From assembly GCA_030390025.1 (NCBI GenBank), contig CM059434.1, positions 52,576,001 to 52,640,000 on the forward strand: 64,000 bases of DNA. The letters are read 5' to 3'. Source of the stretch: Squalus acanthias (lineage: Eukaryota). The notes beneath the pieces are model-generated. The model was not told the origin of the DNA. It made no database searches and saw only the letters and a list, made by a program, of their open reading frames with translations. Each line of letters starts with the position of its first letter. Position 1 is the first letter of the stretch. Of this stretch, positions 1 to 12,703 are shown piece by piece. The translations under genes were made by a program, and so were the position numbers.

Positions 1-821
1 CTGTGACTTCCAACCCCTGGGAAATACAATACCACCTGAGCACACTGCATACGTACAATAGAGTAGTTAAAGAATAAATATTCTTCTAAATATAAGGGGC
101 AATTTTCTTCTGTTTTGCTTAACAATCGAGGGGGGGTGGGGGGTAAAAGGGGCAGAGACCCATTACGCTGAATCTCCTCTCCTCTGCATTGCAGTTGTTT
201 CCCTGAGGACGGGCAAAAGTGCAGGCACACGCATTCAGAGGCCACGTAAATAAGGCAGGAAGGACAGCTCAACACCACATTTTCCTGGGTTTCCACTTAG
301 TGGAGGCCTATGCAGAGCAGTATGCATAACTAGTGGGTCTTGTCAACCCTCCCCCACCCCCACCTCCCTCAGATCACAGGAGCTGAGAGGGGGAGGCAAC
401 AAGGTCATGGAGAACTCAAAGCAGCAAGTGCCCTTTTTTCAGGCCCTTTCAGGCTATAACAGCAGATGTAGATGTATTTCAGGTACAAGCCCTGCCAATG
501 AGTTAGCCTGCACCCGGGGTACATCTTACCTAGGGTAATGACCTAAACCTGCAAGTAGGGATGGGTTCAGGTCAGGCAGAGTGCACTTTGGGTGCACTTA
601 TCTGACTTGCGCCCAGGCTTGGGGGGGGGGGTGAGGGGAAAGGAAATTCAACCCTATATTCTTTTCCCTTTCAGCATCCTCATCCTCCCTTATAAAGCAT
701 GCAGACATTCTTTTAAGTGATTAATCCTACAGTACTTAAGTTGTTGTTTAACAGAAACTAATACCCCCACCCACCACATTCGCCCTCTTTAAACTTCACA
801 GGGTGACGGGTAAACAATATT

Positions 822-1593
822 GACCCAGAATTTGCGGTCAGCGGCGAAACAAAGGCTTTCGCCACTAGCCCCAAAATAAACTTTGCACAAAAACCTCGTC
901 ATCTCTGTGTCGAGAAGTTCAGGTTTTCCGACGTGTAATTCAAATTAACGGAGTATAATGGGAATCCCCTAGTGCGAGCTGCTGTGATGTCAACAAGCTG
1001 TCTAAGCAGCCAATCAAAATGCAGAATTCTCACAGACAACAAACAAGGAAGTGGGTAAGCTCCTAAAATTCTAACTTTTTAAAAATGTTAGAGAGAGCAA
1101 AATAAAGATTGGGGCTCCCACATGGGGAAAAGGCAAACCTGAAATAAAGATGAACAAACTTTTAGAAAAAATGTAAAAGATTTTATTTTAAAAGTTTCTT
1201 AAAATGTTTAATTTTTATTAAAATGGATAAATTTGACACTGCACAAAATTATAATTGTTTTTTCAGGGCCATAACCTTTGTTTAGCAGTCAATACGCTGT
1301 TAAAACCCCAGTTACACCTAATCCTTTGGGGTCTAACTTTTAATGGGTTATTTAACAGTGTAACTGGGAAGAGCTGAGGTTTTTGTCAGTTTCCCTGATT
1401 TGAGAGAGATTTCACTGATTGCCGGCTGGGGGGCAGCGCAGCCCGTGGAGGAGCAGCGATTGACACACCGTAACTTCAGGAGTTCCACATTCGGCTGTGC
1501 AGGGGCTAAACCCTGATGTTGCGGTCAGTTTCAAAGGCGGAATGACGGCGAGCGCTGCCAGTTCGCCATCATCGGGACCGTAAATTCTGGGCC
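822..1593. mobile_element. Non-autonomous DNA transposon (MITE), probably PIF/Harbinger
   Basis: Terminal inverted repeats GACCCAGAATTTGCGGTC (822-839) and GACCGTAAATTCTGGGCC (1576-1593), 16/18 match; no ORF; no clean TSD. Confidence 0.6.
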
Positions 1594-1879
1594 ACAGCTT
1601 TGTGAGTTACCAGGCTGTACCTGACAATATAAACCAATCAAATTTTACTCCCGCTGCTTCTAATGCCCCCTGAAGTCCCAACCTTCCCTTTTCTTGTTAC
1701 AATCTATTCTGTTACTAGGTCCTCGCTTTGAGAATGTCAGAGGTGAACTTCAGGATATTCTAAGAACGGTGCGGGCCTTTTCTGAGTTCTAACCATTGAA
1801 AAAAGTCCTTAATCCCCCATTTGCCCCTCCTACACCCTGTCTCCATTGCGTGGGAAGACTAAGTCGTTTCTCAAGAGGC

Positions 1880-2460
1880 TGAAAAGCAGCTGACAGCGGC
1901 GGCCAAAATACAAAAGTTCGCTTCTGAAAATTAAACATTGAAGTAGAAATGGATGAAACGATCCGCCCAGCGCTCCTCCTAATTTTAATGAAAGGAACCC
2001 GCGCTTTCACCAAGACACGGTTCCTCCTCATCAGACGGTTAATCTATGCCAGGAACCTCCCGCCGACAAGTTTGATTCGATCCATCATTGAATTCTAAAT
2101 AAACCTGCGGTCCTGAAATGCAGTCTGCTCGCTCACTCACAGCAACTCTCCAAACTTTCTCCCGGCTCCTGCTGCCCCGCGAGTCCACACACTGTCGCCC
2201 TGGAGTTCCTCTAGGGATCGGTTACACGCTTCCTTTGAAAAGGAAAATGAGACATGTGAGAATAAACTTATTTTTCTACACGTAGTTTCCCCTGGGCAAA
2301 GGCCGAGAAGGGGGCGGGATCATGGCGGAAATTCTGCGGTTTTGCTTTGCTGTCCATAGAAATTTTTTTTTGAAAACTATCATAAGAACGAATGCAGAAC
2401 ACAAAGTCAGTGGTGAAAAACGGACTTGTGGTATTTTTTAAACCAAGTCCGACGCATCCT
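1880..2460. promoter_or_regulatory. Possible CpG-rich promoter region
   Basis: Non-repetitive and locally CpG-rich, with a GC box GGGGCGGG (2311-2318) and a YY1-like ATGGCGG (2322-2328). No linked coding exon identified. Confidence 0.3.
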
Positions 2461-2919
2461 AGCGGAGGAAGAGATTAGAATACTGCCGTGAAGGTTTCGT
2501 GATATGGCTCCCTTACAGTTAATGCAGAATACGGTGGTGGGGAAAAACAAGGCCATAATGAACCCTCCTCAGTTGACACATGCCATTCCTGCTTCACCAG
2601 CTCTGGTCCACCCTGTATGGCTGCCTCCTTATAGAGCAGTCACCTGGGGGCCAAGTGTGGCCTGTGAACTTCCTTAATCTGGCTGCAAAGCTCCTCTTGG
2701 TTCCCTTCGTCTTTGCATCTGTGAGCAAAACGTTCAGCATCTTCAAGCTGTGTAAAGTTCCAGATCCTAGCGGGCTGCTCCCTCCAGACTCAGCAGTTTT
2801 AAAGAGCTGAAGCATTCTTTCCTGCTCCCCTTGTTGCCTTAATGGCCCCAGCTATATTTCTCCTGTTACATGTGTCTTTTGAAGCAGAGATTATATTGTT
2901 GAAGATAATGGGTCTTTCT

Positions 2920-3080
2920 AAAAGGAGAAAGAAACAGGAGAGGGCAAAAATGGAGCAGAGAGAAAGAGCAAGGGAGGACTAGAAGAGATGAGAGGGACAG
3001 AAGAGCAAAAGAGGAGACAAGAAGAGGAGAGGACCACAAAAGGGGTTGGGTGGGTAGGAAGATAGAGAAAGAACAAGAAG
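2920..3080. repeat. GA-rich low-complexity tract
   Basis: Purine-rich run of GAGA/AGGA/AAGA units. Confidence 0.6.
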
Positions 3081-3199
3081 TGGATGACTTCAATTTTATG
3101 TCTATGGGAGTCTTTTTTTGTGTATGGGGATCTTGCTTTCTTTATGAGGTCTTGCATTATTGCATAACCTCCATTCACCATCATATTTCTGCCGCTGCC

Positions 3200-5215
3200 A
3201 ATCTGCTCAATCACTTCCTCACCTCCACCTTCGATGTTCTTGTTCCCAGTAAAACCCTTACTCTCTCCCACCCTAGTCATTCTCCCTGGTACGGCCCCCT
3301 AACTTCACTCCCTCAAGAACAAGTAGTACAGACTGGAGTGAATCTGGCACACAACTGGTTTAACCATCCATCACCAGATCTAGCTGGACCACATCAAACA
3401 CTAGCAGGCCTCACTCTTTGCTAAAACTGTTCACTACTCCAGGATCATCCTGGAGGGCAAAGATAACCCCTGGTTTCTTTTCTCCACTATCAACTGTCTC
3501 CTTAAACCCATCTCCACCGGCCCCTCCACCATTACCTCCAACAAGTGCTAGGAGCTCATGGACTTCTTTATCACTATGATTGAGACCATCCATTCAATTG
3601 CCTCTGCTGCTTCTCCCTTCTCCTTACACACTAATCCAAATTCTCCCTCAAGGTTCCCCCCCAGCCCAAGCATCATTCTTTAATATCTCTCCAATCTCCT
3701 TTTCCCTTCCAAAACCACTGTTATCACCCTCCTCCTCAAAACGCCACCCTCAACCCCGTCCTTGCAAACTACTGATTCATCTCTAACCTTCATATCCTCA
3801 CTAAAATTCTTGAATGCCTCCCAAATCCATACCCATCTTTCCCACAATTGCATGTTTCAATCTCTTGAATCAGGTTTCTGTCCTTGCCACTGCACTGACA
3901 AGTGGCATCATCTGTGATTGTGACCATGGTACATTATCCCTCCTTGTCCTTCTCAGCATCTCTGCAGCCAAACCATCTTCCTCCAAAGCCTCTCCTCCAT
4001 TGTTCAGCTCACCAGGACTGCCCTCGCTTGGTTCCACTTCTACCTATCTGATCATAGCCAGAGCATCTCCAGCAATGGCATCACTTTCTGCCACTGCATC
4101 ATTCCCTCCAAAGTCCCTCAAGAATCTTCTTCACTTCCTGTTCCTTATCTGCATGTTGGTGACATCATCCACATTCATGGGGTCAGCTTCCATACGTACG
4201 CTGATGACACCCAGCTCTACCTCTGCACTGTCTCACTCAACTCCTCCACTCTCTCTGTGTTGTCAGACTGCTTGTCTGACATCCAGTCTTGGATAAGCCG
4301 CAATTTCCTCTAGTTCAACCTTGGGAAGACCAAAGTCACCATCTTTGGCCCCCGTCACAAACTCCATCCCCTCTCTGACTACTGTCTCAGTTTGAACCAG
4401 ACTGTTTGCAAGCTTGGTGTCCTATTTGATCCTGAGCAGAGCTTCTGACCTCATATCCTCTTTAAATCAAAAACCACTTCATTTCACTTCTGTAACACCG
4501 CTCACACCCACTGCTACCTCAGCCCATCTGCTGCTGAAACTCTCATGTATTTGTCACCTCCAGACTCTACTATTCCAAGGCTCTCAAAACAAAAAACAGA
4601 TTATCTGGTCATGATCACATTGCTGTTTGTGGGAGCTTGCTGTGCGCAAATTGGCTGCCGCGTTTCCCACATTACAACAGTGACTCCACTTCAAAAGTAT
4701 TTCATTGCCTGTAAAGTGCTTTGAGATGTCCGGTGGTCGTGAAAGGCGCTATATAAATGCAAGTCTTTCTTTTCTTTCTCCTGGCCTCCAGCCTCCAATT
4801 ATTTCAGCTCATTCCAAATTCTACTGATCATATCCTATCTCGCATCATGCCCGCTTACCTATCACCCTGTGCTTTCTGACGTATATTGTCTTCTAGTTCT
4901 CCAATGACTCCAATTCAAAATTCTCATCCTCATGTTTAAATCGACCCTCCCTATCCTATAGCCAATGATCGATGGCCATGCCTTTAGCCATCACGGCCCC
5001 AAGCTCTGGAATTACCTACCTATGTCCCTCCCCCTCTCCATCTCCTTCTCCTCCTTTAAGACCCTCATTAAATCCTATCTTTTTGACCAAGCTTTCAAAC
5101 ACCCTTTCTAATATCTCCTTCTTTGGCTTGGTGTCCATTCATTTATGATTACACCTGTTAAGCGCCTTTGTACATTTTTCTATGTTAAAGATGCTATACA
5201 AATGCAAGTTGTTGC
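3200..5215 (+). mobile_element. Degenerate L2-clade LINE (RT remnant and 3' end)
   Basis: Frameshifted RT motif (TACGCTGATGACACCCAGCTCTAC = YADDTQLY near 4197), CTCTGGAAT 3' motif and L2-type tail ATACAAATGCAAGTTGTTG; interrupted by a SINE fragment. Confidence 0.85.
4587..4777 (+). mobile_element. SacSINE1-like DeuSINE, 3' fragment inserted in the L2
   Basis: Matches the 3' part of the full copy at 17331-17784 and ends GAAAGGCGCTATATAAATGCAAGTCTTTCTTTT. Confidence 0.85.
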
Positions 5216-5529
5216 AATCATATACAGCCTGCTCAGTGGTTCTGACACATATATCCAACCCCCAGCTCCAAAAGGTTGGGCATTTGTGCCATGGGATTGA
5301 GAAACCTCAGGTTTGAGAGACTGTCATCTGTCCTCGCTGTTTTGGGCTTTTAAGAAAGAATGCAAAAAAATGAGCATTACCTTTTGTTCCTGTGACATGC
5401 AGTAAGACTCTGGAGGTAGCAAGCAGACCACAACAGATATGAGTGAAAACATCTGGAAGCTGCCTGTGAGTATAAAATACACCACACTACCACATGAGCA
5501 TTGATGATAAGTTCCTCTATCACTTTTAA

Positions 5530-5709
5530 TGAGAAGTCACACAACACCAGGTTATAGTCCAACAGATTTATTTAATTTTACAAGCTTTCGGAGCTGTCGC
5601 TCCTTCCTCAGGTAAGTTTGTAAAATTAAATAAATCTGTTGGACTATAACCTGGTGTTGTGTGACTTCTCATTTTTGTCCACCCCAGTCCAACGCCGGCA
5701 TCTCCACAT
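5530..5709. mobile_element. Penelope-like element terminal remnant (inverted pseudo-LTR)
   Basis: Perfect 56-bp inverted repeat (5528-5583 / 5618-5673) and 12-bp TSD TATCACTTTTAA (5518-5529, 5710-5721). Confidence 0.8.
5578..5615 (-). ncRNA. Minimal hammerhead ribozyme motif (Penelope-type)
   Basis: Minus strand reads UUAC-CUGAGGA-A-GGAGC-GACA-GCUCC-GAAA-GC-UU-GUAA: CUGANGA and GAAA cores, 5-bp stem II, 4-bp stem I, palindromic AAGCUU in place of stem III. Confidence 0.7.
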
Positions 5710-6642
5710 TATCACTTTTAACACAGCGTGAGGAGCTGGCCATTGAAAGTGGTAGTTATGCTTAATATTGTGCATTCTTGGAAGGTGAGGCTGGCTCCCC
5801 TTTACCGTGCCTGACTTGGTATGGTGATTAAACCCTTTTGCAGCACTGATTGGCTGTGCGTCAGATGGTTACATTTTCACTAAACACCCTTCCACTTACC
5901 TGCTTTAGTTCTCCTTGGGACTTTCCATGTGTCGATTCAAAAGAGGCCTCCCTCCAGTCTGAAACTTGTGAAGCAGCACTTCAACATTAGTATCCCCAAA
6001 AGGAGAGGGGTGATTGTATCCTGCAGTGGTCTCCTTTGACATACTTAGATTCATGAATTTCTTTGCTGCATTCAAAATAATATTTTGCCTTGTGGCCCCT
6101 TTAAGCTACTGCAGCCTTTAAGTCCGAGGACCACACTCAGGCCTTTAAGCCTGCATGCCAACCTACAAAACTCAGAAAAGCTGACAAACAACTCTCAAAA
6201 TCTGAAACAAAGAAGCTGATAACTCGAAAAAACATTATACAACTAAAAAATGGTGCTGAATAAAGGGCTATGATTTAAGGGGTCTGAATAAGTTGAATTC
6301 CTTTTTATTACATTGGGTTTCAGGTTTTTTATTGGTGTTTTGAGATCACATTCCACAATTTATTTTGTTTTTCTGTGAAAACTGAAACCCAGTGTCCTCA
6401 TGTGTGACACATGAACAGAAGTAGTTACAACAGGATTGCGTGTGGCATGAACTTGTCGTGATGAAAGCGGCAGCTGTATCCAATATGCCATCAGTTGTAC
6501 TCTAGGGAAAGCCAATGGAAACAAAAAGTACCATTTTGCTTTTTCTGTTCTTTTGCCGTGCTTTCTATTTTCATTTTTTTTGTCCTGCTTTTGAAAACCA
6601 GTTCAGTTGTGTCTTTTTACCACGTGTGATTCTGTAGAGCAA

Positions 6643-7366
6643 GGGGGAAAAATTGAGTCGCGCCCCCTTTGGGGCGCTAACTTCGCCGGGGCACTACTTT
6701 TAGCGCCCTGAAAAAATTAGCACCCCCTGCGGCCAAAATTGAATGGTAGCACCCCAAGAGAGAAGCGGGGGGGGGCTACTGGAAGCGATATTCCCTCTTG
6801 GGGCGCCGTGAGGGAATATCGCAGCGCTACGTGCCGTGGTACTGCAGGCCTTCCTCCCCTTATTAAAGGGGAGGGGCCTGGCACAGCACGTCCCGGTGCC
6901 CAGCTGGGCCACCAGGGATCGGGAGTGCCGGCAAACGAGCCCAGCACTCAAGAGGAGTGCCGGGCTCACGGAGAGCAGCTGGCACCCCGCGGGGGGTCTT
7001 CACGGGGGCCGGGGACAGCAACGGGGACAGGTGCTGGCAGGCGGCCAGCAACAAAAATGGCCGCCCGCCACCTCCCCTTTAACAGGTAGGCGCCCCTGAT
7101 CCCGTCGGACATAGTGTCCGGTGGTAAGTCGGGGGGCGCCACTGAAGATCGCGGCCAGGGCACGAGCAGGGCGCTGCGCACGCCGATGACATCATTGCCG
7201 GCGGCACAGCACCGCAGGGCGCTAACGGTTACCGCTGCCGCTAACCTCCCGCTGAATTTTGCGGGAGGCATTGGCGGCACCGCGCCCGGGCGCTAGTTGC
7301 TTTGCGCCCCATTAGCGCCCTCTTATGGCGCTAACGGGAGGCGCAAAGCAACCGAATTTTTCCCCC
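6643..7366. mobile_element. PIF/Harbinger-type MITE (GGGGGA(G/A)AAATT family)
   Basis: TIRs GGGGGAAAAATT / AATTTTTCCCCC, GC-rich with GGCGCTAA subterminal motifs; right end nearly identical to that of 47614-48505. TSD unclear. Confidence 0.8.
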
Positions 7367-8883
7367 TTCAAAACCTTTTGACCCATGAGTAATGCTCTCT
7401 AAATTTTGTGACTTTTAAGTTAATCTGCAGCTTGACTAAGTTTGGAATCAATTAACCCGTGCAAGTTTATTTACAGTGTTATTAACATTTCACTGAAGCC
7501 GAGGGCCACATTCATTAAGCTTTCATATTTCCCTACTGTGGGTAAGAAATTGGTTAGTTTCTTGCATTGATAGTTATGACTGGGTTGAGGTGATGAATAA
7601 ATACTGAACACAGACCAGACAGGTCTGTGCACAATATGCCACAAGATAGTTCAAAGGTGTAGACTTTAGTGAAATGTAAGGATAAAAGACCAGTATAATG
7701 TACAAAGTCAAACTACAGTATCAGTATCAGAAATCCATTAGTTCTTATAGTAACACTGATAAAATTAGGCCAGTGGTACTGACAATGAAATAAGGTATCC
7801 ACAACAATCATAGTAGGCTTGTAAATAAAGTAAATGGTACAGGTCCAAGTCTGGTGCTAAGATCTTGCTGGCCCAGATACAAGGTTCTTTTGTGGGTGTC
7901 CCTAACCTACAAATAGCTTAGACACCTTTCAACCTCTTGACACTGTAATGTGGAATAATTTCTCTCCTGCTTCCCAATCCTCAGAATATGGGGGCATAAT
8001 ATGGGATAACACCTCTCCCTCTTTCCCCTATTTCAAGCCTTTATCCTTCTATAGCTTTTAGTCCCGTTCACTCTCCCTCGTCTCCCTCTGTCAATCCTCC
8101 CTGGCCAGCTATCTTTCCACCCTCAACATATCCCCCGTTATCTTTTACCCCCTCTCTCATTTCCATCATCATGATCTCCTTTTTGCTCCCTCTTTGTGAC
8201 ATTTTAAGATCTGTGCCTCTTATCTGAAACAGGAAAGAGAAAGTAAAACACAACTAACTTCTTCATTTTTGACCAAAAAGTCCAAAAGATCACCTGCAGA
8301 ACTGCTCTACAATCTGAGCTCCCTCGCATATAAATGTGATGCCCCGAAATCTAATCCATTCCCTTCATTTCCAAATTTAGGAAAGTGTCTCCATTCTGAA
8401 TCTAAAGTCCAGTAATTACGGACTAAAGTCTCTGCCAACAAATCTCTCTCATCACCGTACTACCAGGACTGCTGAAAATGGGGCATACCTGCCAACCCCA
8501 TCTACTCCGTTCCTGCAGCGGTTCCACATGTTTCTGGTTGTGACTGACTCGCTCCAAAAAGTTTGCAATTTGCCTCTGCAGAGCACACGCGGCATCCGCG
8601 CATGTGCAAGAGAGACAAATGATTAATTTTGTGGAGCGAGTGAACCACAGCCAGAAACGATGCTTTGGGAAACACTACACGGACGGAGCAGATGGGGGTC
8701 AAAAAAACTCTCAACATGGACAGTTGGCAACTACGTTTAAGTCCTGCAGCTATTTCCCACCCTCGCCTCAGCAGGCGAGCTCCCAACCACAGGTATTTCT
8801 AGTGCCTGGGCCTGGCCCTCGTTATTCAAGTTGAGTTGGTCCTGGAAGTTGTTTTCCCTCTTTCCCTGGCCCCGGTGCACTTA

Positions 8884-10094
8884 AAGAAAGACATCCATTT
8901 ATATAGCGCCTTTCACGACCACCGGACGTCCCAAAGCGCTTTACAGCCAGTGAAGTACTTTTTGAAGTGTAGTCACTGTTGTATTGTAGGCAACCAGGCA
9001 GCCAATTTGCGCTCAGCAAGCTCCCACAAACTGCAATGTGATAATCATAGAATCATAGAATGGTTACAGCACAGAAGGAGGCCATTCGGCCCATTGAGTC
9101 CGTGCCAGGCTCTCTGCAAGAGCACTTCAGCTAGTCCCACTCACCCGCCCTTTCCCCGTAGCCCTGCAAATTTTTTTCCTTCAGGTACTTATCCAATTCC
9201 CTTTTGAAAGCCACGATTGAATCTGCCTCCACCACCCTTTCAGGCAGTGCATTCCAGATCCTAACCACTCGCTGCGTAAACAAGTTTTTCCTCATGTCGC
9301 CTTTGGTTCTTTTGCCAATCACCTTAAATCTGTGTCCTCTGGTTCTCGACCCTTCCGCCAATGGAACAGTTTCTCTCTATCTACTCTGTCTAGACCCCTC
9401 ATGATTTTGAATACCTCTATCAAATCTCCTCTCAACCTTCTCTGCTCTAAGGAGAACAACCCCAGCTTCTCTAGTCTATCCACATAACTGAAGTCCCTCA
9501 TCCTTGGAACCATTCTCGTAAATCTTTTCTGCACCCTCTCTAAGGCCTTCACATCCTTCCTAAAGTGCGGCGCCCAAATTGGACACAATACTCCAGTTGA
9601 GGCCAAAACAGTGTTTTATAAAGGCTCATCATAACTTCCTTGCTTTTGTACTCTATGCCTCTATTTATGAAGCCCAGTATCCCATATGTTTTTTTAACCG
9701 CTTTCTCAATCTGCCCTGCCACCTTCAACGATTTGTGCACACATACCCCCAGGTCTCTCTGTTCATGCACCCACTTTAGATGGTACCCTTTAGTTTATAT
9801 CGCCTCTCCTCATTCTTCCAACCAAAATGTATCACTTTGCACTTTTCTGCGTTAAAAGTGTGATAATGACCAGATAATCTGTTTTAGTGATGTTGATTGA
9901 GGGATAGTGCCATGGGATCTTTTACATCCACCTGAGAGCAAACGGAGTCTCGGTTTAACGTCTCATCCGAAAGACAGCACCTGCAACAGTGCAGCACTCC
10001 CTCAGTACTGCACTGGAGTGTCAGCCTAGATTTTTGTGCTCAAGTCTCTGGAGTGGGACTTGAACCCACAACCTTCTGACTCAGAGGTGAGCGT
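8884..10094 (-). mobile_element. SacSINE1-like SINE, 5'-truncated, split by a CR1 insertion
   Basis: 3' part at 8884-9045, 5' part at 9859-10094 with B-box GGTTCAAGTCC on the minus strand. Confidence 0.85.
9046..9858 (-). mobile_element. CR1 LINE 3' fragment nested in the SINE
   Basis: CR1 ORF2 C-terminal peptides (LERVQKRFTRMVP, RTRGH, WNALP), ATTCTATG tail repeats, 9-bp TSD TGTGATAAT (9037-9045, 9859-9867). Confidence 0.92.
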
Positions 10095-10565
10095 ATTTCT
10101 AATGCCTGGGCCTGGCCCTCGTTATTCAAGTTGAGTCGGTCTTGGAAGTTGTTTTTCCCTCCTCCCTGGCCCGGGTGCACTTAGGCCAATTGTAGCATCT
10201 CAAATCAACTCAATCACAGACTGAAGTGGAGACCTACTCTGGGATCCTCTGATCTGTTTGGCTATGACTTTACACTAAACTATCGGGGGAGTTGATGGTA
10301 ATTGAGCGCACTACCCTCTACTCTTTTCTTTTCTCTATTTCCTTTGATAATGCTTGAGTGATGGGACAGGATGTTTATGAAGGTTTATTACATAGAAAGG
10401 CCGTTTTCTAATTGGCCTATAGTGTCATCAACTGGAAAACAAATTTAGAAGTGCCCCCTCATGAGGAGGCACAACTAATATTATTGAAACATAAAATCTA
10501 ATTTAAAAAGGAAAACTTACCACATAAATCATAATGCTGTTATTTGTGTCTACCAGACACTATTC

Positions 10566-10648
10566 TTTGCAGTGCCCAACGATCACGGAAGGCCTCAAGC
10601 GTACCGGTGGAAACCACATGCTCCTTCTCTAGAGCCACCCAGGCACAG
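10566..10648 (-). mobile_element. Short L1/Tx1-like LINE ORF2 C-terminal fragment
   Basis: Peptide WVALEKEHVVSTGTLEAFRDRW resembles the end of Tx1-type ORF2 (recognised from memory only). Confidence 0.5.
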
Positions 10649-11249
10649 ACATCATTTGCCAATATCTGAGAATCAGTTTTTGGTGGAGGCTGTTTGCTCC
10701 TACTCATCCACAGTAGGACACAGGTCTGTTCTCCAGTGAGGTCAAATTGGATGCCCAGCTGGACAGCCAAGTTATGCAGCACACTGCTGCGACACACCAC
10801 AGAGATGCCACATAGCCTGGGTGGTATACAATACAACGATTAAGGCACCAAAATCGATGCTTTAGCAGTCTGAAAGTTTGGGTCTTTCATTAATGGATCG
10901 CTTTTGTCTCTCTGGTTATAACAATCCTCACTAGATTCAAATAAATCTGGCACACAAGACTGGCTAAAGATTAAGGAGCCACATATAAATCTCAGAAGTT
11001 CAACGACTTGCTCAAGGGCCACTCTCCCGACCAACCATAAAACAAGTCCATGTTCTTTTTTCCCCCTTTATTAAAACGCTCTCTCTCCCTGAATCTCTGC
11101 TCAAGCAACCTTCAGAGCTACTGAGCTATGAATTGTAAGGCAGAGATAGGAGCAGCAGTTTTACTGAGGGTCACAGATTATGAGTACCACTGTTCTCATT
11201 GATAGAAGTTGCTTGCACCAAACAAATGTGTATGGGTTAATTAAGGAGG

Positions 11250-11582
11250 CTTGGCTCAGGTTCTGGCACTCTCATCTCTGGGTCAGAAAGCTATGAATTC
11301 AACCCCACCAGGATTTGCATGCATAATCTAGGCAATCACTCTAGTGCTGCATTGTTGGAGGTGCTGTCTTGTGGATGAGATGTAAATACAAGGACTTGTC
11401 TGCCTGTCCAGTGGTTCAGAAGAGCATGGTGTTCTACTTGGTGTCCTGGCCAACATTCCTCCTCAGCCAATACTACCAAAAATAGAATATTCCCATTCAT
11501 CTTACTGCTGATGCAGAATGCTACAGTGTTTTCCTAAATTTTCCTAAATCACCCCACTTTCATTGTGTGTAGCACTTTGAAC
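11250..11582 (+). mobile_element. Degraded SacSINE1-like SINE
   Basis: Diverged match to the head and Deu-domain of the other copies (GGTGTCCTGGCCAACATT). Confidence 0.6.
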
Positions 11583-11711
11583 AGGCTATTTTAGAACTTG
11601 CATTGTGTAATGGGACAGGGTTAATTTGTAATCTCATAGTGAAGGATCCTCCGAGGAAGAGTGATCATAATATGATAGAATTTCACATTGAATTTGAGAG
11701 TGACATACTTA

Positions 11712-12147
11712 ACAGCAACAACAACTTGTATTTATGTAGCGCCTTTAATGTAGTAAAACATCCCAAGCTGCTTCACAGGAGTATTATAAGACAAAAAATT
11801 TGACACCGAGCCACATAAGGAGAAATTAGGGCAGATGACCAAAAGCTTGGTCAAAGAGGTAGGTTTTAAGGAGCGTCTTAAAGGAGGAGAAAGAAGTAGA
11901 GGCAGATAGATTTAGGCAAGGATTCCAGAGCTTAGGACCCAGGCAGCTGAAGGCACGGCCGCCAATGGTGGAGCGATTATAATCAGGGATGCTCAAGAGG
12001 GCAGAATTAGAGGAGCGCAGATATCTCGGGGGGGTTGTGGGGCTGGAGGAGATTACTGAGATAGAGAGGGGCGAGGCCATGGATGGATTTGAAAACAAGA
12101 ATGAGAATTTTGAAATCGAGGCGTTGCTTAACCGAGAGCCAATGTAG
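11712..12147 (-). mobile_element. L2 LINE 3' fragment nested in CR1
   Basis: Near-identical family to 19571-20331; (GTT)n tail; peptide YLRSSNS...GPKLWN...FKTLLKTYLF. Confidence 0.9.
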
Positions 12148-12703
12148 GTCCGAAACTTGAGTCTTAAACTTAAATAAAGCCAATTACATAGGTATGAGGG
12201 GCGAGTTGGCCAAGGTAGATTGGGAAATTAGATTAACAAGTATTAAGATAGAAAAGGAGTGGCAAACATTTAAAGAAATATTGCAAAATTCTCAACGAAT
12301 ATACATTCCATTGAGAAAAAAAAATCCACAGAAGGGATCCATCCGTGGCTAACTAAAGAAGTTAAGGATAGTATTTGATTAAAAGAAGAGGCTTATAATG
12401 TTGCAAAGAATAGTAGTAAGCCTGAGGATTTGGAGAGCTTTAGAAACCAGCAAAGGTTGACCAAAAAACTGAAAAAAGGGAGAAAATAGAATGAGTTAAC
12501 TAGCAAGAAATATAAAAAAGATTGTAAGGGCTTCTACAAGTATATAAAAGAAAGAAAGTAGCAAAAGTAAGCATCGGTCCCTTAGAGGCTGAGACAGAAG
12601 AAATTATAATGGGGAATAAGGAAATGGAGGAGACTTTAAACAAATATTTTGTATCTGTCCAACAATAGTGGGAACCAAGGGGCTAATGAGAGTGAGGAAC
12701 TTA

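Larger units (their letters stand above)
8793..10183. repeat. 91-bp direct repeat (8793-8883 and 10093-10183) flanking a SINE+CR1 insertion
   Basis: GTATTTCT...GGTGCACTTA occurs twice with few differences, abutting both ends of the SINE. Confidence 0.85.

Noticed and set aside
96-654. MITE bounded by GGGGCAATTTTC / GAAATTCAACCC
   Set aside because: TIR match too weak to call.
6700-7296. Cluster of overlapping GC-rich ORFs (similar clusters at 45912-46641 and 61655-62342)
   Set aside because: They lie inside TIR-bounded MITEs; open frames follow from high GC content and show no protein motif.
8068-8480. Apparent 70-nt intron (8293-8224) and flanking short ORFs on the minus strand
   Set aside because: No continuous frame or recognisable peptide.
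8484-8735. hAT-like MITE
   Set aside because: Only a 10/13 TIR match and no 8-bp TSD.
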